NCBI RefSeq assembly: GCF_963506605.1
Contig: NC_083286.1
Coordinates: 33,356,001 to 33,420,000 of the forward strand
Length of the DNA stretch: 64,000 nucleotides
Origin: Zootoca vivipara
Taxonomy: Eukaryota
Direction: 5' to 3'
In this document: positions 35,779 to 48,870 of the stretch, in pieces
Layout of the letters: every line of letters starts with the position of its first letter
Numbering within the stretch: position 1 is the stretch's first letter
Position numbers and translations under genes: made by a program
The notes under the pieces: model-generated
Told to the model about the DNA's origin: nothing
Database searches by the model: none
The model's input: the letters and a program-made list of their open reading frames with translations, nothing else

Positions 35779-36123
35779 TCAGTTTTGATCAGCTGTTTCC
35801 TCTGTTGAATGCACATAATTTTCTTCAGGTGTTGGGGAACAAGAACTTTTAGACGTACAGTTCAGCATTCTAGTGGGAGATGTGTGGGAAACAGAGCAGG
35901 CGCAATCTTGAGCACTGCACGTCTGGCAACTCAAACACACAGGAAGAGCTGACTTTGGGGGCTCTGAATCATCTTTGCACTGATTACTGCTAAGAGCAAG
36001 CTCTTCTTCTGAAAATTTGCTTTCCTTATTCTGCTGCAAACTATCTTCTTTCTCTTCCAGGGCACGAGCAAGCATATAACTAACTTTTCTTTGATGGGCC
36101 AAAGCTTCCTCCTTATCATTCAG
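35779..36123 (-). CDS. CCDC125: CCDC125 last coding exon
   Basis: [25 protein letters not shown]...TADQN then TGA. Confidence 0.9.
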   Translation of the reverse strand: MNDKEEALAHQRKVSYMLARALEEKEDSLQQNKESKFSEEELALSSNQCKDDSEPPKSALPVCLSCQTCSAQDCACSVSHTSPTRMLNCTSKSSCSPTPEENYVHSTEETADQN

Positions 36124-39100
36124 CTGTAAAAATCAATAAAAAAATAAAAATAAACAGTGTATATTTATTTTTACAGAGATAAAAGAACACCATTAATATG
36201 CCCTCTATGAAGCCATACAAGTTACCAACCGAGTCTATCAGCATCCTAATGATTTCTTGTGGATTATCCAATTCTTCTATTTTCTTGCTGTCGGCGCCAG
36301 AAACAAGCATGCCCATCAACTTTCGCCCCAAGCTTTTCCTATTCCCTTGAAATGTGAAAGCACCTGAGGGGAAAAAATAACATTCACATTTAAGTCCTGA
36401 TCTTTGAGATATTCTAAACAACAATCACCTTTTTAAAGTCCAAATAAAATTAAGCCTAAAACAAATATACAACTGGAAAACTCAGGCTGTTACCAAATGA
36501 AAATAAACTGCATACATCTAATCCAGCTTCCAAAAGTACACATGCTTTTGGTGGTGACTGCTACACAGACAAAATAATAACCAGCACAGATAGAACAAAA
36601 AGAATAGAGCAAAATGTTCTGCCGTTAAAGTGAATAAAGTGCTAGTAATGGAGGCCAAAATATGCTGATCTTAGATAACGTGTTTTGAATCCTCATTTTA
36701 AAATAAAGTAGTTATTCATAGTCTATTACAGGAATAGCCAATGCAGTGCCCTCCAAACGTTGTTGGGCTCGGACTCCCATCAATTCCAGTTGGTAAAACC
36801 AAAGGCCAAAGGTTGGCTATCCCTGCTCTTCTATTAAGCTCCAATATCCTATCAGCACCAGAAAGGCAATAATACAGGGGTGAGAAAAGAAGAAATGTAT
36901 GCAGGTGCTTGAAAGAGGGAGGAGAAATTGCAATAATTTGGGAGTAAAATTATGTGAACTCCAAAACGGATATGAACTGTTTATTACTTTAGTTCACTCG
37001 CTGGTGGATGAATCCTCTCCCATCATTCCAAATACACATATATTTTTTTAAAAGCAGATTGCAATCACAGGATCACACTTTTATCATATTATCACCCACA
37101 TGCAAATTATACATGTGCCAGAAAAATGCTTCCTATGGTCTTTTAACTTGACATTTATATTATTGGACATAATCCAGCATATATAATGCCACCAGTATGG
37201 AGAGATTATTCCATAATTTCTCATAGCTGTCTCCATGTAAACACCTTTTCCCAGATAATGAATAAGTGAGATTCAGAAGGTTTCAAATAAGATATCCTGA
37301 ACTTTGGCTGTGATGTTTGAACAAGACCATTGTGTTTTGAGGTAATATATAAAAGTTCTCTCTTTGATGATGTTATCTGTGATGGCTCACTGATATACTG
37401 CTCTTCCTGAGATGAGCAGTAATCAAGCAATTAACATGCATGAACCAGCCTTAAATTCTCTTGGTAGGGACTGCTTTGCTACTCTGTTAGCTGCTATGAT
37501 ATTCAGGTCAGCAAATGTATGATGTCAAACAGTAGGTTTTAGGTTTATTCGAATAGGTTTTATACAAAACAAAAACTGCAAATTCTGGGCTACTTTCAGT
37601 ACCACTGAAAATCATGCAGCATGGATAAAATTACCATCGTCTTTTATGTTTTTCCAGTTGAATCGTTTCTTTTCTTTTCTGCAGATCTTATTCATCTGTG
37701 TGAGTCCCAGAGCCTGGTCCTTCCTCCGCATCAGCTGTTGCTCAAATGCAATTCTGAAGGCATCTGCCATAATATATGCTTCTTCTTTACTCTTCTTCAG
37801 AAGCTCAAACTATGTTGTTGTTTTTTAAGATTGAGAGAAGGTTCAGATGACGTTCAAAAAAAGAGTGAATGAATCCACATTTTGGAGCTTTTTTAGTCAT
37901 TCAGTCCCAGTACATTGGTATGGCAACTGCTTCCCCAAATGAAGTAGAGCTATACACACACACAGTCACTAGGTGACCAGGAAATTTAATTCTAACAATT
38001 GACTGGGAAAACCTCTAGTATACTCTGCCACAGGATTGACATTCAACAACAAAAACAATAATAAAAGTGGCTGTCCACACAGGGAGGCACTTTGTTCTTC
38101 GTTTATCATGGAACTGGGCTACGCCTTGTGCTAGGACGCAGAATCAATGGTAAAGAGTGTTAGAGTTGCTACAAAAATAAGTATCACCTACTACTGCTCC
38201 CTATAAAATCATCCTGTTTAGGCAGCAAACACCCCCACATTTTTCTTTGTGTGGAACAGCAACCAAGAAAGCAGAGACAGACAGACTTCTAGAAACAATT
38301 ATTAGCTACCAAACCTAGGAAACTTTTTGGGACTCATCCAGAATCTGCTCTCCTAGTTGCATGAATGGATTTCATCATTTAGCCTAAAGAGGGCTGCACA
38401 AAGATAATGAGATGTGCCTACAAGAAAATGGCATTGATTCAGAAGAAACTTCTTCCATTAGAGCATGGATAGGCAAACTAAGGCCTGCAGGCCAGATCAG
38501 GCCCAATTGCCTTCAGGATCCAGCCCGTGGATGGTCCGGGAATTGCTGCATGGATCGCCAGCGTGCGCCGTTCTTTCACTCTCCTTCCCTCTCCCTCACA
38601 CGGCGCCTCCGCCTCCTCCCTCCCTCCCTCCTCCTGGCTTCTCCCCACCCTGCCTAGAGGAGGAAGGGGGCTGGGCTATGTTGGTGCCACCACCACCACC
38701 AGCAGCAGCAGCAGTTGAGCGGCTGCCATTTTACGCAGTCCCTCTCCAAAGCCCTTTCACATGCCGCTCATCGTCCCTCTGCCGCCGCCGCAAGCCCCTG
38801 CCACTTGCAAGACACAGGTAAGCAGCTACCAGGGCTCGTGGTGTTCTTGCATCATTCCCCCCCTCAAAAAAATGTAGTCTGCGCCCCCACAAGGTCTGAG
38901 GGACAGTGGACCGGCTCCCTGCTGAAAAAGTTTGCTGACCCCTGCATTATAGCAAGAAAGATTCATCTTTGGATCCATCCCAGTTGTTTTCATAGGCTAC
39001 CCTTGTCTAAATATACTCTTATGCATTGGGCTGCTAATATGTATACTGTACATACGGTATATATAATAATATAATATAATATAATATAATAATACAAGTT

Positions 39101-42100
39101 TTAGATATCTGTCATCAGCATTGACATATCAGCTGCCTAAACACTGTATTTTTAAGCTTACATCATTTTGAACAATTTCACACATGGCAAGTGCCTTCTA
39201 CACATCTTCATTAAAAGGGACAACAAGCATTTCAGTCCAAGCATAAATACCTCTTGTTTGAGCTGAAGCAGTTGTTTTCGAGTCACCGCTGACATTTTTG
39301 CACAGGAGCATGGCTCTCCGTCAAGACCACTGCAAGTGCAAGCTCCAAGTACTGCCAGCTTTAAATTCAAATGCACACCATCCATTATTGATTTTTTTGT
39401 TTTGTTTTTTTATTTTTTTTAAAAACCCAGAATAAGGGTGGACTTATACATCTTCATTCAAGTTATATTACTAGTTGGATCCAGAGTGGCCCTTTAGAAC
39501 AGAAGGGCAGCTTCCATTTCCAGAAGTTACTGCAATCTAATAGAAGCTCCCACTCATGAAAGGTAGAGACGACTTTCTCTGATTCCCCTTCTGCCTCATG
39601 CACCTTGTTCCAGAGTACCCTTCAACTCTCATGGGAAGATATTCAAGTAGTGTAGGGGTGATCAACGAAAAATCACCTCTCACCTATCCCCCACCCACCC
39701 CCAACATTCCATTACTGTAACTAGAATCAGTATCAAACTCATTATGAACTCTTGGGCTTTTCTATTTTTAATTTCTCCATTTCACAGCTCAAAAAGAGTT
39801 GTAAAAGATCAACTTGGGGCAGACTGGTCTAGGAAGAAAGAGGGAGCGAGCAATGGTGTTTCATGAACTGGATAAGATCCCAAGTCCCAATGGAGGAGGG
39901 AATATAGTAGCCAAAAGAACTGAAGCTTCTGCCCTTCCACTTCATTCTCAAAGCAACTGGTATCAGCAAAAGACTCAAACAAAGCAATTTTAATATACTC
40001 ACCTCAAGTCCTGTTATCTCTGTAAAACCACTCTTGCTAAGGGACATGTTCTCCTGAACAATCTTCCGCTGTTTGACATCTAGGACAGCGAGAATCTCCA
40101 AGTGCTGTCGTTCCAAAACTGTAAAATTCAATATTGAGCAAGGAAACAGTTTGCGAAATTTCCAATCGGCTTCTGCTGCTTCAAATCCTCGCTTATGTAG
40201 TTTTCAAATTTAATAGGGTTTGATTCTTCATTTACCTTTTTTTGGGGGGTATACACAAAATAAAGGAGCTTAATTTCGCCTACAAGTTTGTGTTGGAAGC
40301 TTCCCTAGTCTCAGATTTTGTGGAATCGGTTGAGATCACACACTTGGGAGGAAAAGGCTCTTTACACAGCACTAGTTTTATTATGTCATATATTATGGAC
40401 TGAAAACTCTGCATCTGAAGCAAGTTTGAAGCTGTGGTTTACTAAACTATGCTGAAATTATGTGTCAATAAGTGTTGCCAGACACTTAAACAAAAGTTTA
40501 AGACTAAGACATTATGCCTAAATGATTTGATGAACTTTACAATTATATGTTTTAACAACTTGCATTTTTGAAAATACCTTTGTTTAACTTACTCTTGGAA
40601 TTAGTTTAACTCACTCTTGTATTGTGACTCTATTCTTGAATTGTGACTCTATATTCTGCATCATAGAAAGTTAAACTGAACACAGTACACTTTTCAAAAA
40701 AGATTAGTCTTTGGTTTTTTGCATCTAAGATGAAGGTGAGAAACACAATTTCTTTAAAAGGCAAAGAACTGAAAAAGGTGGAGCATACTTACATTCATTT
40801 TCAGACTTGAGTGTTTTAACTTCATCAGTTTTCAATTTCAGTGTTTCCTTAAGTGCAGCATTTTCACAATAAATTCTGTTGGCAATGGCAACAAATGACA
40901 TGTTTTTAAATCATACCTCAAACATATGCTTCTATATATTGTAAAACTGAGGTATTACTTTGGTATGTATACCTGTCATATTTTTCTGCCCAAGACTCTT
41001 CTGTATTTTTAAATTTCTCCTGATTAATTTTGATTTCCCACTGTAGAACATTTATTTCCTATAAACAGTAAAATGTTAATATTAGAAGAAAGCGGGACAA
41101 TATTCCATAAGTTGAACATTATACTCTTAGTGTAGTGAAGATGGATCAAATTCCCTCCTCCATCCCATAACCACACTGCTCAGATTTATTCATAAAATTT
41201 TGCCTTAGCTTGGCAAGAAGCAGCCAGTGCACAACTGGCAATGTTTGGAAATAATTTATTACAAGTAATCACCTGGTTCAAAAAGCCAACCACAAGCCAG
41301 CTTGCCTGTTCTGCTGGGCAGTAAGTACATTCTAAACACCTCTGACTGTGCACTTACTGCTCTCCTGTTCACTTTTCCTGTTGAAATCTAGGATTACAGT
41401 CAATTGTTTGCCTAAAAATACTGAGTCAGCAACTTTAGATAACTACTGAAGAAAGACAAAATCTCTAGGAATGTTCTAGGTATCCACACATTCATACAAT
41501 CAGTCTACTGCATTAATTTGAAAATCAATTTTCTAGTTTTCACTATTGTGGAGAAAAACTTGAAAATCTGTGGGCACAGTGTTCGCTAAAAGATAAGAAT
41601 CAAACAGTTCTTCCCATGGAATAAAAACTCTGTGGTCTGAAATCTCCTAATTATCCAGACTCATTTTTTCCAATAAGTATTCCAGCAAACTATTACAACT
41701 GTACTAAATAAAATATTGTAAATAAAAGACAAATCAACAAAGATGTGCAGTGCAGCACCATGAATATTCACTGAGAAGTAAATTGCAGTGTTCAGTGGAT
41801 CTTTTTGCCCAGTAAGGATTGCAGTCTTAAGTATGCTTAGTCTATTGAAATGAATTAGTTGAAGCATGTTTCAGATTTTTGCTTTAGGGCTGCAATCCCA
41901 TACACACCTCAGCTATTTTTGCCCCTCTTCAGAGAAAGAATAAGGTATAGTCTTACCTTTTCCAAAGCTCTCTTCTGCTGCTCTGTTTTTTTAAATACCG
42001 CTTTAGTATGACAAGTGGCTTTATCCAGCACAGCCTGTGAAATAAAAATTTAAAAAGCTGAACTATTATGTCTCGCAGATCATACTAAAAGTGAAAACAT

Positions 42101-45100
42101 ATGCATCAATCAGTGGCAGACTTTGAACTCTCAAATTTCAGAGGCTCCCACCTGCCTCTCACACTGTTCTACAACATTGTTATGGCGCCCCCTGCAGCAT
42201 CTGAACTTGTCGCGCTACCCTAAAACTGCCTCTGCATCAATTAAGGAACTGGTCACCAACATAAGTAATAAAACCATAACAGTGAAGAACAGCTGTCTCA
42301 TTTGCATAACAGTATATGTACAATTTGAAAAATGCTACATTACAAATTTCATGTAAATTCATATGTATTAGTAAGTTACCATGCTCTGCAGAATTTTTAG
42401 TGCTTGCTCTTTGCCTTCAAGTTGTCTTTGAGATGCTTCCAATTCAACTCTTAAAACTTCTATTTCCTGGGTACAAATAAAGTCATGTTGAGTAAACAAA
42501 AATATTGGGCATCACACAGAGACTTCCTGTTATGAGTGGATGGTACACCTGCTTGTGCGATTGGAAGAATTTCTCCCTCAGGCTGCAGCCCCATCTCCAC
42601 ACCATATCCCACACTGTTCTGGAGGGTTCCCTGGCCAGCAGGAGAGGCTCCTGCTTAAACCATCAACCAAGGCAACCAAGTCGTCTTCAGTGCCATAACT
42701 TGGCCTAAAGCCAGACCGAAATGGATCCAGAAAATCCACTTCCTTCAAATATGGGTGAAGCTGGACTTCTACTACTCTCTCAACACCTTGCCCCATATTT
42801 GCTATTGCTTCTGGGTCTAGGTAAAGGGTAAAGGAACCCCTGACCGTTAGGTCCAGTTGCGAATGACTCTGGGGTTGTGGCGCTCATCTCGCTCTATAGG
42901 CCGAGGGAGTCGACATTTGTCCACAGACAACTTCCGGGTCATGTGGCCAGCATGACTAAGCCGCTTCTGGTGAACCAGAGCAGCGCACGGAAACGCCGTT
43001 TACCTTCCCGCCGGAGCGGTACCTATTTATCTACTTGCACTTTGACATACTTTCAAACTGCTAGGTGGGCAGGAGCTGGGACCGAGCAACGGGAGCTCAC
43101 CCCGTCGCAGGGATTCGAACCACCAACCTTCTGCTCGGCAAGCCCTAGGCTCTGTGGTTTAGACCACAGCACCACCTGCGCTTCTGGTTCTAGGGACACC
43201 CTATTAGTGAGAAAAATAAGGTTCCAAATTAAGTCTTACCAAGATAGGCACTTACCTCTTCAGCTTCTTGAAGGTGTTGTATTAATTCTTCATTTGAGGC
43301 CTCCGAGTTAGATTCTGTGTGCATTCATAATAGAAAAAGCGTCCTGGTTTGAAACTAATAGGATGGCACGCATATTTCTAACTTAAAATGCATCAGCTGT
43401 TTCTCAAAACTGTGTTTGATCATTTGCCCTCCCCTCGCACTTTTAAGCATTTAATACACCACTTCTTAAGTTTCAATAAATAGCATCTGATTTTTGGAAA
43501 AGAGGGGGGGGGACACATTGGGCGTATCCCAATGGTGGAGGGGGGGGAGATGCAAAAGATCTTTAGATCAAAAGGTAAAGTTAAATCAACACTAACTTAT
43601 TTAATGGCTAACCACAAATTTGTTTGTCTCCATGCTGAGCTGTCCAGCACATGAGGTCCAGCACCCGACTCAGGCAATGGAGATAAAAGAGATGGCACTC
43701 TGTCCACACTACTGCTTCCAGAACACACACACACCCCGCTGGCAAGAGGGAGGCATTCTGGTGTGCAGAGAATGCTTTGCGGAACGGTCTGGCTCCCACC
43801 AACTTTAGTGAGAGCTGCAGTGTTCTGGCAGCAGAAGTGATGAGTGCTGAGCACAGCGGCAGATGGGGCAGGAGGCAGCAATTCCCGGTTTACCTCAGGT
43901 GGCAAAAAGGAATGGGCCACCCATGTCTCCATGCATGTATGGAGCTATGTCTCAAGAGAAGTATAAATAAAATAAAAACTTGGGACACGTGGAACTCTAC
44001 TGGAGATTCCTTAAAAAGAAAGAAGTAAAACTGAGTTCTCCAAAAGGCAAAGCAAGAAAGTGAAACATCAGAGAGCAGCTGCTCTCTTTTAAAAAGGAAC
44101 AAGGGGGGAGGGATGCAATACTCAAAGAACAAATTTCAAAATAACTGCCTGCAACACTTGCCACAGTCACAATCCATACAGAACTCCAACTTGCGCTGGA
44201 AGCAATAGTTTTCTGCGAGAAGGAAATTGTATTTCCTCAGCAACATCCAGTTATTGTTTTGAATATTTGAAAAATGAGTCGATGTCCCCAAAATGGACTC
44301 TCACTCATGTTACTATACACTGAGACACTACTGTAGGCCTACACTGTGGCCTCAGAGATAAATGAGACTACATTAATCTCTTTCATGCTTGGAATCTACA
44401 AGCTGGGCTACATCATTAGAAGCCTAGCACCCAAATGGCTGAGTCAACAAATAAGGGCTTAGTGTGCTGACTGATATGCCAGTCCCCTGTACAGCATTGT
44501 TTACAACTTATATAAACCCTTAAATACTGCCCCCTCTCCTCTCTTGTGTTCCATTGGAACCTTAATTTTTTACAGGAAAACTTGTAAAACAGTATGTCTT
44601 AACTGATGCAAGGTCTAACATTCTAAATTCAGTTATTATAGCTTCTATTTAAGTCAACATGCTTAAGCACACACCACTGGGTCAACACTATCCATCATAC
44701 ATATATCTTACATTCCTTATTTTTGTTTTGAACACCTACAGGTCACACTCGGAAAATTAGAATATCGTCAAAAAGTGCATTTATTTCAGTAATGCAACTT
44801 ATTATTTTTTTATTTTAATTTTAATTTTTACAAATGCTTTCTTTTGGAAATTCCACAGTAATAGAACAAATAATTACAATAATACAAAAACAAACAAAAA
44901 CAAGCATCGCTATTACATTTCATTAATTACATTCCATTTATAATTGACCCACCTAACAACAAATAATTACAATTACAACAAATAAAGGCTTGACATATCT
45001 TGTTTTGCATGTCATGCATCTATCTCATATATTGGTTTTACCTTTTAAGTTGCGTTACTGAAATAAATGCACTTTTCGACGATATTCTAATTTTCCGAGT

Positions 45101-45998
45101 TTCACCTGCAGAGGTGAAAAGCTCAGTATAACTGAAAATTTGAAGCCAGCATTTTAGGTGGTGCAATAAACTGTTTCACCTGCTGCTCTATATTTGTTGT
45201 TCTGTGGTACTCACATGGCTAAAAAAACTTCTGCTTTTGGAGATGTTTATGAATTAAGTATCTTAATAGCAACATTTACTAGCTGTATGAATAATAATAA
45301 TAATTTATTATTTATACCCCACCCATCTGGCTGGGTTTCCCCAGCCACTCTGGGCAGCTTCCAACTGAATATTAAAAACAATACAGCATCAAACATTAAA
45401 AACTTCCCTAAACAGGGCCGCCTTCAGTTGTCTCTTAAAAGTAAAATAGTTGCTTATTGCCTTGACATCTGCTGGGAGGGCATTCCACAGGGCAGGTGCC
45501 ACTACCAAGAAGGCCCTCTGCTGGTTCCCTGTAACCTGACTTCTCGCAGTGAGGGAACCGCCAGAAGGCCCACGGCACTGGACCTCAGTGTCCGGGCTGG
45601 ATGATGGGGATGGAGACGCTCCTTCAGGTATACAGGTATACAAGGTCCAAAAGTTTGGATTGAACTAAAACCTTACCAGAGCTGTTTTGTCGGTTGCAGC
45701 TACGAAATGCATTGATTCCCATTTTTTTGACCGACGTGTCATTCAAGCTGTTACACCTTGAGCAACGAAAAACTGTTGCATCACATTCTTCTCCTTTTTT
45801 TGGCAGCATAAATGGACTGAAGATTTTCCTTCCTGAACCTCTTCTAGGCATACCTGGGTGTACGCTGAAGCTTTCAGGTTCATACATATCACTTTGTCTT
45901 CTAATGAGTCCATTTCCCAAGTCTCCACATGCCATGTCATCATCTTCACCTTCTGAGGTCATATCCAGTTTGTTCTGCAATGACACTGCTTCACTCAT
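35779..45998 (-). CDS. CCDC125: CCDC125 coiled-coil protein, complete CDS, 11 coding exons, 1593 nt, 530 aa
   Basis: Motifs [66 protein letters not shown] and [23 protein letters not shown] match recalled vertebrate CCDC125; phases are consistent; adjacent to AK6/RAD17 as in mammals. Confidence 0.95.
36230..36363 (-). CDS. CCDC125: CCDC125 coding exon 10
   Basis: [20 protein letters not shown]...[11 protein letters not shown]; the gttggt donor gives phase 0. Confidence 0.88.
37635..37809 (-). CDS. CCDC125: CCDC125 coding exon 9
   Basis: [32 protein letters not shown]...NWKNIKDD. Confidence 0.93.
38464..38944. mobile_element. Non-autonomous hAT (OC1-like ends, GC-rich interior)
   Basis: Ends shared with 13847-14097; TSD cattagag/cattatag. 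Confidence 0.8.
39251..39358 (-). CDS. CCDC125: CCDC125 coding exon 8
   Basis: [36 protein letters not shown]. Confidence 0.93.
40003..40118 (-). CDS. CCDC125: CCDC125 coding exon 7
   Basis: [18 protein letters not shown]...[10 protein letters not shown]. Confidence 0.92.
40793..40875 (-). CDS. CCDC125: CCDC125 coding exon 6
   Basis: [27 protein letters not shown]. Confidence 0.92.
40973..41058 (-). CDS. CCDC125: CCDC125 coding exon 5
   Basis: [29 protein letters not shown]. Confidence 0.93.
41957..42034 (-). CDS. CCDC125: CCDC125 coding exon 4
   Basis: [26 protein letters not shown]. Confidence 0.93.
42380..42466 (-). CDS. CCDC125: CCDC125 coding exon 3
   Basis: [29 protein letters not shown]. 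Confidence 0.93.
42530..42810 (-). mobile_element. Degraded L2 reverse-transcriptase fragment
   Basis: [24 protein letters not shown] resembles the L2 LDPFQSGFR.G.GTETAL motif. Confidence 0.7.
42822..43180 (-). mobile_element. Sauria-type SINE
   Basis: TSD gcttctgg(g/t)tctagg. Confidence 0.9.
43256..43314 (-). CDS. CCDC125: CCDC125 coding exon 2
   Basis: [20 protein letters not shown]. Confidence 0.9.
44739..45108. mobile_element. Tc1/mariner-type MITE with TIRs of about 60 bp
   Basis: TA|CAGGTCACACTCGGAAAATTAGAATATCGTC...GACGATATTCTAATTTTCCGAGTTTCACCTG. Confidence 0.85.
45289..45630 (-). mobile_element. L2 LINE 3' fragment
   Basis: [30 protein letters not shown]; (TAA)n tail. Confidence 0.8.
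45677..45998 (-). CDS. CCDC125: CCDC125 coding exon 1
   Basis: MSEAVSLQ...GDLGNGL...RQNSS then gtaagg. Confidence 0.88.
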
Positions 45999-46957
45999 TG
46001 GCAACACAAATAGCTTCTTATTTCAAGCTAGAGGTGCCTTTGTTCAAATACAAAAGCTTTGTTTAAACACGTCAGGGAAAGTTGTGCTGGAAAATAAATT
46101 AATAAAAACGAATAATTATGTTATAACAAAACTAAAGATGTCTCCGTTTCTTTAACAGGCACTTCTGGCATTTCTAGATGGCAGCAAATATTTTTTTTAC
46201 ACTGTACTAAGATTTTCCTAAATAACCCATGCTTCTTGTCAAAAAGATTATTAATTACAGGAAGCATTTCCTGCAAATTAAACACATGTTTTGTTACTAC
46301 TGATTTCTAAGCACGACTGCAAAATAAGATTCCAAGAACTTAAAAGCATATCAGTGTAATCTTATGCCGTGCTGGCAGGACCATAAACACACCCAGCCAC
46401 TTTGTTTACTTTAAAATGTAATTAAAAAAAGAAAGCATTGTTTAACTTACAATCCAACAACTGCAAAAGTCACATCAAGACCTATGTGGAATAGAGTTAT
46501 TGTATGAGACGTGCATATTACACTATGTTGTTGCTTTCCTAGTTCTCTTTAATAGAATCCACCCATTTATAACATCCTCACAAAGGAACTCTGAATACTT
46601 GGCTGATATTTTTTTAAAGCAGATAATGTTAAGAGGAAGCATTTATAGAAAACCCTCTCTTCATTCAAAATGTCTTCTTATGCTGTTTTTGCACACAGAT
46701 ATTTTAATTTTAGTAAACCATTTTGAATGTGTGCTGCTTGTTTTTAAGAAAATAAAATGGAACTTCTGTTCACCTACCCTTTAGAGACTGATTTAGACCT
46801 AAATACAGTAACGGGAAGAGCTTGTCTTCTGCACGTCCATGTAAATATGAACCAAGGTCATGAGTAACATTGTGTATACATTCTCCCATAATGTTTACAA
46901 TTTAGGCACGCTTAATTGGGGTGCCAGGGGAGGAGGCTGCTTCGTTAACATGTAGTC

Positions 46958-47056
46958 TTAGTTGGTCTCTAAGGTGCTACTGGACATGTTGTTTTTTTAA
47001 AAAAAATTAATTTATTTTGCCTGCCTCAGACCAACACAGCTACCTACCTGAATCTA
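46958..47056 (+). mobile_element. Penelope-like terminal-repeat fragment (part downstream of the hammerhead)
   Basis: ttagttggtctctaaggtgctactgg...cagaccaacacagctacctacctg. Confidence 0.65.
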
Positions 47057-47334
47057 GAAACATAGAACCATAGAGTTGGAAGGGACCTAGAGGATCATCC
47101 AGTCCAACCCCCTGCAGTGCTGGAATATGCAGCTGTCCCATACAGGGATCAAACCTGCAACCTTGGGGTTATCAGCACCACACTTGTATCAACAAGAAGC
47201 ATTACCCACTGCTCATTTCTCATTAGAATGACACACTTTTAGTTTTACAGTATATTTGAAACAACAAGCATTTTATATTTATCAAGTATACAATGAGCAA
47301 AAACATATTTATCTGCAGGTATAGCTAGCAGGTG

Positions 47335-47660
47335 AGTGGCTGTAGCTCAGTGATAGAGCATCTGCTTTCCATGCAAAAGATCCCAGGCTCCATTCCCAGC
47401 ATCTCTACGTAGGGCTGGGAGAGAGGCTTGTTTGAAATCCTGAACTGCTCCCACTCAGTGCAGACAATGTTGAGCTAGATCAGGCACCCCCAAACTGCGC
47501 CCCTCCAGATGTTTTGGCCTACAACTCCCATGATTCCTAGCTAACAGGACCAGTGGTTGGGGAAGATGGGAATTGTAGCCCAAAATATCTGGAGGGCCGA
47601 AGTTTGGGGATGCCTGAGCTAGATGGACCCATGGTCTGACTCACTATAAGGCAGTTTCCT
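47335..47660 (+). mobile_element. tRNA-derived squamate SINE interrupted by a MITE
   Basis: TAGCTCAGTGATAGAGC A-box head; a related reverse copy lies at about 59030-59212. Confidence 0.75.
47481..47616. mobile_element. 136-bp hAT-type MITE (same family as 31912-32047)
   Basis: 8-bp TSD agctagat. Confidence 0.9.
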
Positions 47661-48269
47661 GATGTCTTAACATTCCACGGTGGATCCAGTATTACAAAAC
47701 ATCCCTTATTGCTGCATAACTATACAGCAACAAGCATTTTATATTTATAATGTACACAGTTATAAGATTCTTCATATTTATGTACAGGTGTAGCTGGCAT
47801 AAAAACAAAAAATGCATTGACCCGAGATTACAGAACATACCTTATCGCTGCAGAATCATACAATCGGTCCCTTTTACTTATTTAAGGGCTTCCCAGAATA
47901 AAGAACTTATCCTCTAATTATCTCTTTCATGGGTAGCTCAGCTGACTAGAGTGTGATGCTGACAATGTCAAGGTTGCGGGTCCCAAGGGAAAGCTGCATA
48001 TTTCTGCATTGCAGGGGGTTAGACTAGAACTAGATGATCCTCAGGGTCCCTTGCAACTCTGTGATTCTATCTATCAATTATGACAGCACCTTAAGCAGGG
48101 CTTTCTCTTCTGCCCCCCCCCCAATTTCTTTAAAAAGCTGCATGTCCAACCAACATTCAACAGGTGCAGCTTGGAGCACTACTGGCGTCTCCATACAGGG
48201 CAAAACTGTGGTCTGTCTGCTGAATGTCTCCCTTTGCCACCAATACTGTATTAAAAGGTACAGGAAAGT

Positions 48270-48870
48270 ACGGTACGTACGGCAAGGAAAGCTCCCCGTC
48301 CTCGTTGCACGGGCAACGCAAAATCTCAGAGAGCGTGTGAGCTGAGCGCACGCGAATTCTGGCTAAAAAAGAGAACGCGAAGCAATTTTAGGAAGAAGTG
48401 TGCATGCACACGAAAGCTTATACCCAGAACAAACCTAGTTTATCTCTAAGGAGCTACTGCCTACTGGACAATTTTTTTTAGGTTTTATTTATTTATTTCC
48501 ACTTTCACGAAAGAACGCGCACGAGCCTCCCGGGCTTCCCTCCGCGCCACGTGCACAGAACCCCGACGCCCCACGGCTCGGTCCCTCCTCGGACCCCCTT
48601 TCCCTCTCCCCCCCCCCCAGGGGCCGAGCTTTCCGGAGCTGCGGGTCTCCGCGCGCAAGCCAAGCCCGCCGCAGACCCACCTGGCAGGCGAGGCGAGCAG
48701 GGCTTCCTCCTTCCCTCCAGTCCAGCCGTCCGTCGCCCTTCCCGGTCCGCCCCTCTGTTCCTCCCGGCCTCCGTCCCTCCCTCCAGGGCAGGGCTTCACC
48801 TGCCCGCCTACCCCGAGCCCTCCCTTCCCCGCAGCTAGAGGAGGAACCTGCAGAGTCAAGAGTGGGCACG
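48270..48870 (-). promoter_or_regulatory. CpG island, probable CCDC125 promoter and non-coding first exon
   Basis: CpG-rich segment 2.3-2.9 kb upstream of the CCDC125 ATG, with candidate CAG|GTG donors on the minus strand near 48679 and 48799. Confidence 0.7.
48392..48480 (+). mobile_element. Penelope-like fragment with partial hammerhead
   Basis: gaagaagtgtgcatgcacacgaaagcttatacc...ctctaaggagctact. Confidence 0.7.

Noticed and set aside
47335-47405. tRNA gene (also SINE heads at 51449, 47931 and 631)
   Set aside because: A/B-box-like heads run straight into SINE bodies and no complete cloverleaf is evident.
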